Origin: Pseudonocardiales bacterium
GTDB lineage: Bacteria; Actinomycetota; Actinomycetes; Mycobacteriales; Pseudonocardiaceae
Assembly (NCBI GenBank): GCA_003244245.1
Contig: QHBY01000543.1
Location: 10,390-42,389 of the forward strand
Reading direction: 5' to 3'
DNA length: 32,000 nt
Shown here piece after piece: positions 16,309 through 24,304 of the stretch (positions within the stretch are counted from its first letter, which is position 1; each line of letters opens with the position of its first letter). Below the pieces are notes generated by a model. The model had not been told where the DNA came from. It did no database searches and saw only the letters and a list, made by a program, of their open reading frames with translations. Made by a program: the position numbers and the translations under genes.

Positions 16309-16683
16309 AGCACCCACGATCAATGTTGCTTGCTGAACACCGAGACACGGGCCTAACCCTTGAGCGAGAGCTGGTGCAGGTTTAGCGACGCGGAGTGCGT
16401 GGTGGAGGTGTGATGGTTGACCAGGTGATCCGGGTCGCCGCTGGCGGATGGATCTGGCCGGCTGCAAGGTGGCGAGGCAGGGCCGCACGTCTCGCCGTGG
16501 TGGGAGATGTCTCCGGCACCATCCGGACGGTACTCGCGCCCGCGTGGTGAGCCAACTACTCTCGCCCTCGCGGCGAGCCTTGATAAGAGTCATCCGAGTC
16601 TGAGGTCCGCCGGAGGCATCGCACAGGGGCGTTCGGAGTCGGCATTGGCGGGGGTGTCGGTGGTTCAGCGAGAGGAGCCTGCG

Positions 16684-17661
16684 GTGGGGGCTAGCGGCGT
16701 GTTGCGAGGTGTCGACCCCAACCAGTGTGGCGTGTCGTCGGCACATCAGGCGCTGCTGTACGGGTCGCAGGAGGAGTTCCTGGCTGGCGTTGTCCCGTTC
16801 GTTCGGGATGGCCTGAAGTGCGGCGACCCGGTCCGAATCGCGACCACGGATCGTAATGCTGGTTGGCTGCGGGCTGCGCTAGGGGTGGATGCCCGGGAGG
16901 TGGCGTTCTGTGATGACAGCCAGTGGTCCGGGCATCCGGTGCGGGCGCTGGCGGCGCTGCAGGGCATCGTGCAGGCAGCGAGCTCGGACGGGCGCCGGCT
17001 GCGGATGATCGGAGAGCGGTTGTGGACCGCCCACAGCGCGCCGGAGACAAGGGAGTGGGTTCGGCACGAGTCGCTGGTCAACGCCGTGCTCACGGTGGGC
17101 GACGCCGCACTGATGTGCACCTACGACACCCGCGTTGTTGATCCCGATGTCGTGGCCAACGTGGCCCGGACTCACCCCGAGCTGGTTGTCCATGGTGAGC
17201 CTCGACCCAGCCCGGGCTACACCGACCCGGCGGCGTTCAACGCTGAATTCAACAAATCCCCCCTGCCTGAGCTGCTGTCCCCGGCCCTGTGGCTGCGGTT
17301 CCGCCGGCTGGATCAGCTGGCTATCTTGCGCACGTTCGTGGCCTCCCATGCCACCCAGGCCGGAGCGGCTGCGCAGTCCGTCGGGCAGTTCGTGCAGGCG
17401 GTCGACGAGGTCGCGACCAACGCGGTCGAGCATGGCGGTGGATCGGGCGTGCTGCAGATCTGGACCGGCCCGCACACGATCGTGTGCGAGGTGAGCGACA
17501 CCGGTGCTGGACTGCGCGACCCCTTGGCCGGGCAGCTGCCTCCCGACCGCTTCACCGCGCACGGACACGGGCTGTGGTTAGCCCGACAGTTCAGCGATCT
17601 CCTCGAACTGCATAGCGACTCGGCCGGCACGACCGTACGGCTACACCTGACCCTGCACTGA
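16684..17661 (+). CDS. MEDS-domain + HATPase anti-sigma-factor-like Ser/Thr kinase (RsbA/RsbW-like), paralog 2
   Basis: Collinear with paralog 1 (LLYGSQEEFLAGVVPFVRDGLKCGDP...ATNAVEHGGG...DTGAGL...GLWLARQ). GTG 16684 is preceded by GAGGAG (16672-16677). The upstream part of the ORF-track frame has poor codon bias. Confidence 0.85.
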   Translation: MGASGVLRGVDPNQCGVSSAHQALLYGSQEEFLAGVVPFVRDGLKCGDPVRIATTDRNAGWLRAALGVDAREVAFCDDSQWSGHPVRALAALQGIVQAASSDGRRLRMIGERLWTAHSAPETREWVRHESLVNAVLTVGDAALMCTYDTRVVDPDVVANVARTHPELVVHGEPRPSPGYTDPAAFNAEFNKSPLPELLSPALWLRFRRLDQLAILRTFVASHATQAGAAAQSVGQFVQAVDEVATNAVEHGGGSGVLQIWTGPHTIVCEVSDTGAGLRDPLAGQLPPDRFTAHGHGLWLARQFSDLLELHSDSAGTTVRLHLTLH

Positions 17662-17681
17662 CGTCGGAGACCGCGACGCGG

Positions 17682-18077
17682 TCAGCTCGAGCTGTTCAGG
17701 GCGTCCGGCACGTTGTCGGCGAAGGTGAAGTGCTCCCGCAGCCCGGCGGTGTCCAGCGTCCGGGTGGCGGCCGAGGAGTTGCACACCAGCCGCAGGTGGC
17801 GGTCTTGGCGGGCAGCGAGCTCGTTCGCCTCGAACAGCACGCGCAGTCCGGCAGATGCCAGGAACTGCACACCATCAAGGTTCACCACAACGAGTCGGGC
17901 AACCTCGAGCTGCGCGGTCAGAATGGCGGCCAGCTGGTGTGCGGTCAGCGCGTCCACCTCACCGGTCACGGTGACCACACGTGCATCGGGACCGTGCTCA
18001 GCCACCTGTAGACCCACGATGTCCGGGTAGGCGCTGTTCACACTCTGCACGATAGAGCGCAAGTCAAAGACAGGCAC
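17682..18077 (-). CDS. STAS-domain anti-sigma-factor antagonist (RsbV/SpoIIAA-like)
   Basis: VVTVTGEVDALTAHQLAAIL...VVNLDGVQFLASAGLRVL, with Ser at the SpoIIAA Ser58-equivalent position. Starts 9 nt after the kinase stop (operon). Confidence 0.85.
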   Translation of the reverse strand: MPVFDLRSIVQSVNSAYPDIVGLQVAEHGPDARVVTVTGEVDALTAHQLAAILTAQLEVARLVVVNLDGVQFLASAGLRVLFEANELAARQDRHLRLVCNSSAATRTLDTAGLREHFTFADNVPDALNSSS

Positions 18078-18086
18078 CTCGTGGCC

Positions 18087-21000
18087 CTACAGCGGGCTCG
18101 GCGCTTGGGCGGGTTCGGGGGCTTCGGAGGGGATGTTGAGGTGGGTGTGGATCAGTCTGAGAAGCAGGTCGGTGTCCACGGGTTTGGTGACGTAGTCGGT
18201 GGCACCGGAGGCCAGGCTCTTCGCTCGGTCCTCCTTCATCGCTTTCGCGGTCACCGCGATGATGGGCAGGTCGGCGTAGCGGTTGAGGTTGCGGATCGCG
18301 GCGATCGTCGCGTTGCCGTCGAGCTCGGGCATCATCACGTCCATCAGGACCAGCGCGATCTCCTCGTGGCGCTCCAGCGCGCGCACCCCGGCCACACCGT
18401 TGTCGGCGAAGACGACCTGCAGTCCGTGCGCCTCGAGCATGCTGCTCAACGCGAAGACGTTGCGCAAGTCGTCGTCGACGATCAGGATCGTCTCCCCGTG
18501 GAAACGAGGAGGCGCTTCATCGCGCACCGTGGGCAACTGCGGCAGCGAGCGGGCCGCCGACGCCAGCTCCGGCGCGACGCGCGTGTCGGGGAGAATGTCG
18601 CGCGCCGTGCCGTTGGGAACCGCAGGTGGCGATGGCTGGGCGACTTCGGGCAGGTAGAGGGTGAAGACGCTACCTACCCCGGGTTCGCTGCGGACCATCA
18701 GCTCGCCACCCAGGAGCTGGGTCAGCTGGCGGCTGATCGACAATCCGAGCCCAGTACCGCCGTAACGCCGGCTGGTCGTACCGTCGGCCTGCTGGAACGC
18801 GTCGAAGATCACCGACAGCTTATCGGCGGGGATCCCGATGCCGGTGTCCTGCACCTCGAACGCCACCTGGGCCGGCGCGGCCCGCAGCGCGTCGCCTGTC
18901 ACCTCGTCAACGGATGCCGGCCGGATCCGCAGCGTCACTTCGCCCTCATCGGTGAACTTCACCGCGTTGGACATCAGGTTCCGCAACACCTGCTGCAGGC
19001 GCTGCTCGTCGGTGTGCAGCATCTCCGGCAAGGCAGCATCCAGCTCCACGGTGAAGTGCAGCGCCTTCTCGGCGGCCAGCGGTTCGCACAGGGTCTTGAC
19101 GTAGTTCACCACCGCGGTCACCGCCACATCGGACAGTGAAGGATCCATCCGGCCGGCTTCGACCTTGGCCAGGTCCAGGATATCGTTGATCAGCTGCAAC
19201 AGGTCGCTGCCTGCGGAGTGGATGGTCCTGGCGAATTCCACCTGCTTGTCCGACAGGTTGCTGTCCAGGTTGTCGGCCAGCAGCTTGGCCAGCACCAGTG
19301 CACTGTTGAGCGGGGTGCGCAGCTCGTGGGACATGTTCGCCATGAAGTCCGACTTGTAGCGTGATGCGGCGGCCAGCTGGGCGGCCCGGTCCTCGATCTC
19401 CTGGCGGGCGAGCTCGATCTCGGCGTTCTTGATCTCGATGGCGCGGTTCTGGGTCGCCAGCAGCGCGGCCTTCTCGGCCAGCTCGGTGTTGGACTTCTGC
19501 AGCTCGTGCTGCTGGGCCTGCAGCCGTCGCGAACCCATGGTCAGCTCCTGGGCCAGCCGCTGCGACTCGGTCAGCAACGCCTCGGTCCGGGAATTGGCCA
19601 GGATGGTGTTGACGTTCACGCCGATCTGCTCGCGAAGCAGTTCGAGCAGGTCCCGGTGCACTGTGGTGAACTCGTTGACCGAGGCCAGCTCGATCACCCC
19701 CAAGGCCTGGTCCTCGAACAGCAACGGCAACACGAGCAGGTTGGTCGGTGCGGCGTGGCCGAGGCCGGAGCTGATCGCAGCATAGTCCGGCGGCGCATCG
19801 GTGACCATGATCGTCCGCTTGTCCAACGCGGCCTGCCCTACCAGTGACTCGCCGAGGGCGAAGCGACGGATCGCCCCGGGTTCGCCAATGCCGTAACCGG
19901 CGGTGAACTCCACGACGGTCGGAGCGTCGCCGTCAGAACGGACCAGGAAGAAGGCCCCCTGTTGGGCCGACACCAGCGGGGCGAGCTCGCTCAGCACCAG
20001 CGAAGCGACGGTGGCCAGGTCGCGGTGGCCCTGCATGAGACCGGACAGCCGGGCGAGGTTGGTCTTGAGCCAGTCCTGTTCCTGGTTGGTTCGGGTTGCC
20101 TCCTTGAGGTTGGCGACCATCTGGTTGATGTTGTCCTTGAGGTCGGCGACCTCGCCGGACGCGTCGACGGTGATCTGGCGAGTGAGGTCGCCGGCGGTCA
20201 CCGCCGTGGCCACCGCGGCGATCGCGCGCACCTGGGTGGTGAGGTTGCCGGCCAGGCGGTTGACGTTCTCGGTCAGCCGCTCCCAGGTGCCGGACACACC
20301 GATCACCTCGGCCTGCCCGCCGAGCTTGCCCTCGGTGCCCACCTCGCGGGCCACCCGGGTGACCTCGGAGGCGAACGCGGACAGCCGGTCCACCATGGTA
20401 TTGATCGTGGTCTTGAGCTCCAGGATCTCGCCGCGGGCGTCCACGTCGATCTTCTTGGACAGGTCACCGCTGGCCACGGCTGTGGTGACCTGGGCGATGT
20501 TGCGCACCTGGCTGGTCAGGTTGTTAGCCATGAAGTTGACGTTGTCGGTGAGGTCCTTCCAGGTGCCGGCGACGTTGGGTACCCGTGCCTGCCCACCCAG
20601 GGTGCCCTCGGTGCCCACCTCGCGAGCTACCCGGGTGACCTCGTCGGCGAACGCGCTCAAGGTGTCGACCATCCGGTTGATCGTCTCGGCCAGCGCCGCG
20701 ACCTCGCCACGGGCCTCGACGGTGATCTTCTTCGAGAGGTCGCCGCCGGCCACCGCGGTCGCCACGGTGGCGATGCTGCGCACCTGGCTGGTCAGGTTCT
20801 CCGCCATGCCGTTGACGTTGTCGGTGAGCGCTTTCCAGGTACCTGCCACGCCGCGCACCCGGGCCTGGCCGCCGAGCTTGCCGTCGCTGCCGACCTCGTG
20901 CGCCACCCGGGTCACCTCGTCGGCGAAGGCGGAGAGCTGGTCGACCATGGTGTTGAGGGTGTTCTTGAGTTCCAAGATCTCGCCACGGGCATCCACCGTG

Positions 21001-21956
21001 ATCTTGCGGGTGAGGTCGCCCCGGGCAACGGCGGTGGCCACCTGGGCGATGCTGCGAACCTGGCCGGTGAGGTTGCCGGCCATCACGTTGACCGAGTCGG
21101 TGAGGTCCCGCCAGGTCCCGGCCACGCCGGGCACCTCCGCCTGACCGCCCAGAGCGCCCTCGCTGCCGACCTCGCGGGCCACCCGGGTGACCTCGGCAGC
21201 GAACGCGGAGAGCTGGTCGACCATGGTGTTGAGGGTGTTCTTCAGTTCCAGAAGCTCGCCGGACACCTCGACAGTGATCTTGCGGCTGAGGTCGCCGCGG
21301 GCTACCGCGGTGGCGACCTGGGCGATGTCGCGCACCTGGGCGGTGAGGTTGCCGGCCATCACGTTGACCGAGTCGGTGAGGTTCCGCCACGTGCCGGCCA
21401 CTCCAGGGACGTGCGCCTGACCGCCTAACCGGCCCTCGGTGCCGACCTCTCGGGCTACCCGGGTCACCTCAGCGGCGAACAGCGACAGCTGATCGAGCAG
21501 CCCGTTGACGGTATGCCCCAACCGAGCGAAGTCGCCCCCCAGCGGCTGGTCAGATACCCGTGAAGACAGGTCGCCCTCGGATACCGCGGCCAGCACCCTC
21601 GCCAACTCGGTGGTCGGCCGCGTCAGGTCATCGATCAGGCCGTTGATCGCCCCGGCGGCCAGCGACCACCCGCCGTCGCCCTCATCGGCGAGCCGCTCGC
21701 CCGTCCGACCGTCTTGGCCGACCGCCTCGCGGACCCGGACCAGGTCACCGACCAGCGACTGATTCCGCTGCGCGATCTGGTTGATCACTGTCGCGATCCG
21801 GCCGGCAAGGCTGGCGTCGGTGACCACCAGGCGGCGCCGGAAGTTGCCGTCGCGAATCTCCTCCAGCACGAGCAGGATTCGTTCCAGCGCGGCGGGATCG
21901 TACGGATCCAGTCGGCCCGGAAACGGTTCTGCGGCCGGCAAGGGCTGGGCGCTCAC
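18087..21956 (-). CDS. Poly-HAMP / GAF / HisKA / HATPase / REC hybrid sensor histidine kinase (1289 aa)
   Basis: GTG 21956 with AGGAGG (21963-21968) 6 nt upstream. Repeated HAMP units, then a GAF-like segment. H-box [12 protein letters not shown]-box [25 protein letters not shown]. Receiver ILIVDDD...[11 protein letters not shown]...TAKA. Confidence 0.9.
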   Translation of the reverse strand: MSAQPLPAAEPFPGRLDPYDPAALERILLVLEEIRDGNFRRRLVVTDASLAGRIATVINQIAQRNQSLVGDLVRVREAVGQDGRTGERLADEGDGGWSLAAGAINGLIDDLTRPTTELARVLAAVSEGDLSSRVSDQPLGGDFARLGHTVNGLLDQLSLFAAEVTRVAREVGTEGRLGGQAHVPGVAGTWRNLTDSVNVMAGNLTAQVRDIAQVATAVARGDLSRKITVEVSGELLELKNTLNTMVDQLSAFAAEVTRVAREVGSEGALGGQAEVPGVAGTWRDLTDSVNVMAGNLTGQVRSIAQVATAVARGDLTRKITVDARGEILELKNTLNTMVDQLSAFADEVTRVAHEVGSDGKLGGQARVRGVAGTWKALTDNVNGMAENLTSQVRSIATVATAVAGGDLSKKITVEARGEVAALAETINRMVDTLSAFADEVTRVAREVGTEGTLGGQARVPNVAGTWKDLTDNVNFMANNLTSQVRNIAQVTTAVASGDLSKKIDVDARGEILELKTTINTMVDRLSAFASEVTRVAREVGTEGKLGGQAEVIGVSGTWERLTENVNRLAGNLTTQVRAIAAVATAVTAGDLTRQITVDASGEVADLKDNINQMVANLKEATRTNQEQDWLKTNLARLSGLMQGHRDLATVASLVLSELAPLVSAQQGAFFLVRSDGDAPTVVEFTAGYGIGEPGAIRRFALGESLVGQAALDKRTIMVTDAPPDYAAISSGLGHAAPTNLLVLPLLFEDQALGVIELASVNEFTTVHRDLLELLREQIGVNVNTILANSRTEALLTESQRLAQELTMGSRRLQAQQHELQKSNTELAEKAALLATQNRAIEIKNAEIELARQEIEDRAAQLAAASRYKSDFMANMSHELRTPLNSALVLAKLLADNLDSNLSDKQVEFARTIHSAGSDLLQLINDILDLAKVEAGRMDPSLSDVAVTAVVNYVKTLCEPLAAEKALHFTVELDAALPEMLHTDEQRLQQVLRNLMSNAVKFTDEGEVTLRIRPASVDEVTGDALRAAPAQVAFEVQDTGIGIPADKLSVIFDAFQQADGTTSRRYGGTGLGLSISRQLTQLLGGELMVRSEPGVGSVFTLYLPEVAQPSPPAVPNGTARDILPDTRVAPELASAARSLPQLPTVRDEAPPRFHGETILIVDDDLRNVFALSSMLEAHGLQVVFADNGVAGVRALERHEEIALVLMDVMMPELDGNATIAAIRNLNRYADLPIIAVTAKAMKEDRAKSLASGATDYVTKPVDTDLLLRLIHTHLNIPSEAPEPAQAPSPL
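20100..21479 (-). repeat. Five tandem 276-nt (92-aa) HAMP-pair repeats inside the kinase gene
   Basis: Units at aa 160-251, 252-343, 344-435, 436-527 and 528-619. Each reads [50 protein letters not shown]...GE...L...IN.MVD.LSA. Units 1 and 2 share 81/92 residues by my count. Confidence 0.9.
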
Positions 21957-22088
21957 GATGAGCCTCCTAGGACATTACAATGCTTAACGCCCGCAGCGTG
22001 CCACGATTGGCCGTGGGTTTCGACCCTGGGCACACAGGCAGGGGACTACCCTCACCGCGACGCGCACTCGGATCGGGGAGGAGATGCC

Positions 22089-23597
22089 ATGGCATCCGAC
22101 CTGGACCCGGTTGCCGAACTGCTGGTACCGGGGCTGCACCGACTGCTTGACAACATCGCCCAAGCCGTGATTGTGCAAGACGAGTCGGGTCGGATCCAGC
22201 TGCTCAACGTGGCCGCTCGCCGACTGTTCCCGGATTTGAACCTCGGCGATGATTTCGAGCGCAGGGGTGAGTCCTTCGTCGCGGAAACGGGCGGGCGCCG
22301 GGTCAGCGGGCGGCTGCGGCGGCTCGCCGATGGCTGGCACGCCTGGGTGGTCAGCGACGAGGACTTCATGCTCGAGGCAAGCCGAGAGCTGGCGGGCGGG
22401 GAGGGTCACGATGCGGCGGCAGCACTGGTCCAGCTGGCCGTTCCGGTAGTGGGGGAGCAGGCCGCGGTGCTCCTGCCGGCGTCGAGAGCCCGAATGTCCT
22501 GGTGGTGCTACACCGATGGTGCGACGAAGCCCACTACGGGAGTGGCCCGGGCGCCGGCGCCGCGAACAGCCCCGGTACTGGCCAGCGCGCTGCGTGGGGT
22601 CATCGCGGATACCGTCACGCTGCCGACTGAAGAATTGCCCGCGCTGGCCGCGGTGCTGGGGCCCGACATCGCCCAGCGGGCGCCGGTCGTCGCCGCACCC
22701 CTGCGGGGACCCGACCGGTCCGAGGGACTGCTGGTCGTGGCCCGGCCCATCGCGGACACGCTGCTCGTCCAGCTGGCGACGCTGGCCGGCCCGACGATCG
22801 GGGCCAGTCGCCGGCGGGATGAGCAGGCCAGGGCGCTTACCCTGCTGCAGGCCCCATTGCTGCCGCTGCGGCCAGGCGCGCTCCCAGAAGTGCCCGGGAT
22901 GCAGTTCGGTGTGGCGTATCGGGCCGCGGGCGAGCTGGCAGTGGGCGGTGACTTCTACCTGATCCGTCCCTCGCCTGAGGGGGGCGCACTGTTCGGGCTC
23001 GGCGATGTGTGCGGCAAGGGCGCCGAAGCCCTCGCGGAGAGTGGTCGGGTGCAGCACACGCTGGCCGCCCTGATGATCACCGAACAGAATCCGACCCGGT
23101 TGCTGTACCTGCTCAACCGGGCACTGCTGGCCGCCGGGCGGACCGTCTTCACCACCATGGTGCTCGGCGCGCTGCAGCCGACCCCGGCGGGTTGCCGGCT
23201 CACCCTCGCCACCGGTGGCCACCCCGCGCCGATGGTGCTGCGCGCCGGCGGCGACGTCAAGGACGTCGGACTGCTCGGAACGGTCGTGGGAATCTTGCCC
23301 GACGCACGTTTTGGCCGGACCTCGATCACGCTGACGCCGGGGGATACCTGCCTGCTCTACAGCGACGGCGTCACCGAGGCCGGTCGCGGCTTCGGTGACA
23401 ATCAGGAGCAGTTCGGGCCGGCTCGGCTGGCGGCCTGCCTGCGCGACTGTGCCGGAATGACAGCACAGGCAGTGGCAAGCTGCGTTGAGCGGACCGTGTA
23501 CGACTGGCTCGGCCATAACGACGGCGACGACCTCGCCGTACTCGCGGTTCGCGTCAATGAACTCGGTCTTGATCCACCGGAGAACTCCGCGCATTGA
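22089..23597 (+). CDS. PP2C-family (SpoIIE/RsbU-type) serine phosphatase with N-terminal PAS-like and GAF-like sensor regions
   Basis: GGGGAGGAG (22075-22083) upstream of ATG 22089. Motifs: LLP...GVAYRAAGELAVGGDFY, GDVCGKG, LATGGHPAP, LLYSDGVTEA, DDLAVLAVRV. Divergent from the kinase operon. Confidence 0.85.
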   Translation: MASDLDPVAELLVPGLHRLLDNIAQAVIVQDESGRIQLLNVAARRLFPDLNLGDDFERRGESFVAETGGRRVSGRLRRLADGWHAWVVSDEDFMLEASRELAGGEGHDAAAALVQLAVPVVGEQAAVLLPASRARMSWWCYTDGATKPTTGVARAPAPRTAPVLASALRGVIADTVTLPTEELPALAAVLGPDIAQRAPVVAAPLRGPDRSEGLLVVARPIADTLLVQLATLAGPTIGASRRRDEQARALTLLQAPLLPLRPGALPEVPGMQFGVAYRAAGELAVGGDFYLIRPSPEGGALFGLGDVCGKGAEALAESGRVQHTLAALMITEQNPTRLLYLLNRALLAAGRTVFTTMVLGALQPTPAGCRLTLATGGHPAPMVLRAGGDVKDVGLLGTVVGILPDARFGRTSITLTPGDTCLLYSDGVTEAGRGFGDNQEQFGPARLAACLRDCAGMTAQAVASCVERTVYDWLGHNDGDDLAVLAVRVNELGLDPPENSAH

Positions 23598-23674
23598 CGC
23601 GCACCCCCGCCGGTGTGCTGGGGGCGTGCTACTTTCCTGCCCCACATCACCGCCGTCTGGTGGGGGAGGGACCT

Positions 23675-23956
23675 GTGACCGCCGAACCGCTGGTCTTCGT
23701 GCCGGCTCATCCCCGGGTGACTGACTACGGCAAGGACATCGGCGTCGAGCTTCGCGGAACCGACCGCGATGACCTTGTCGGCATCGCGTTCTCCAGTCTG
23801 GAGCGGCTGGTGGCGGCGTTGGGCGAGTACCAGCCATGGGTGGCGATGGAGCGCGACAGGTTCACCGCGTTCGTCGGCGCGGCACGTCGTGGCGACCCAG
23901 GACTTGCTGGATCTCCTGCGCAGCTTCCTCGATCGGACGGCCGTGGGGCACCGTAG
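23675..23956 (+). CDS. SseB/SAV_915-like small protein (3' end possibly altered)
   Basis: GGGAGGGA precedes GTG 23675. EPLVFVPAHP...VGIAFSSLERLVAALGEYQPWVAM resembles the actinobacterial SAV_915/SseB-like family. The last ~30 codons overlap the cupin relic on the opposite strand. Confidence 0.45.
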   Translation: MTAEPLVFVPAHPRVTDYGKDIGVELRGTDRDDLVGIAFSSLERLVAALGEYQPWVAMERDRFTAFVGAARRGDPGLAGSPAQLPRSDGRGAP

Positions 23957-24290
23957 CGTCGAGGTCGGCGTGGAATCTGCCCATGGCGCCGGTCAGGCTC
24001 ATCACCAGAAACTTCGTCGTCGGGCTGAGCACCCGTGAAGGTATGCGGGGCTCCTGGCGGGATGGTGATCGACGACCCAGGCCCGAGGTCGAAGCCCTCG
24101 GCCTCGACTTCGACGATCATCCGGCCGTGGAGTACGTAGTAGGCCTTGCCCCAGCCGGTCCGGTGCAACGGCGTTGCCGGCCCCCGCGGCGCGTCGACCT
24201 CGAAAAGCTGGTAGTGACCGTCGGTGTGTCCCGCGTCGATCTTCACGGTGAGGACCGCGTCCGGGGCGGTGAGCTCGGCGCCTTCACCGG
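23862..24290 (-). pseudogene. Cupin-domain protein relic (no start codon, 1-nt frameshift)
   Basis: VLTVKIDAGHTDGHYQLFEVDAPRGPATPLHRTGWGKAYYVLHGRMIVEVE...ITIPPGAPHTFT, then a shift at the C-run 24032-24034 to VLSPTTKFLVMSLTGAMGRFHADL.... No ATG/GTG between the upstream gene's stop (24305) and the conserved N-terminus. Confidence 0.55.
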
Positions 24291-24304
24291 CGGCGGTGTG
24301 CTGC

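Noticed and set aside
16427-16570. Small plus-strand ORF (about 46 aa, MVDQVIRVAAGGWIWPAARW...) preceded by GGAGGT in the spacer after the hairpin.
   Set aside because: Trp/Arg-rich, no recognisable family, and no way to test conservation here. Insufficient support.
15766-16746. 326-aa minus-strand ORF spanning the methyltransferase and the downstream spacer.
   Set aside because: No recognisable motifs. It runs antisense to a motif-bearing gene and through the 25-bp hairpin. Most likely a chance ORF.
19903-21428. Long plus-strand ORFs (413 and 488 aa) and a 288-aa alternative minus-frame ORF over the kinase repeat region.
   Set aside because: They are antisense or off-frame shadows of the poly-HAMP coding sequence in high-GC repetitive DNA. 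The products are low-complexity Arg/Ala/Ser/Gly strings with no motifs. The kinase frame carries all recognisable domains.
20100-21479. Regular 276-nt repeats considered as a possible CRISPR or other non-coding array.
   Set aside because: The repeats are in-frame coding units of one long ORF, the period is far too long, and there are no unique spacers.
21957-22088. Search for a SigB-type promoter (GTTT-N-GGGTA-like) in the kinase/phosphatase divergent region.
   Set aside because: GTTTCG at about 22016 has no properly spaced GGGTAY-like -10 element. No promoter call can be supported by eye.
21984-23837. 617-aa minus-strand ORF.
   Set aside because: Antisense to the PP2C phosphatase gene, Arg/Pro/Gly-rich, with no motifs. 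The plus frame has complete SpoIIE-type signatures and a strong RBS.
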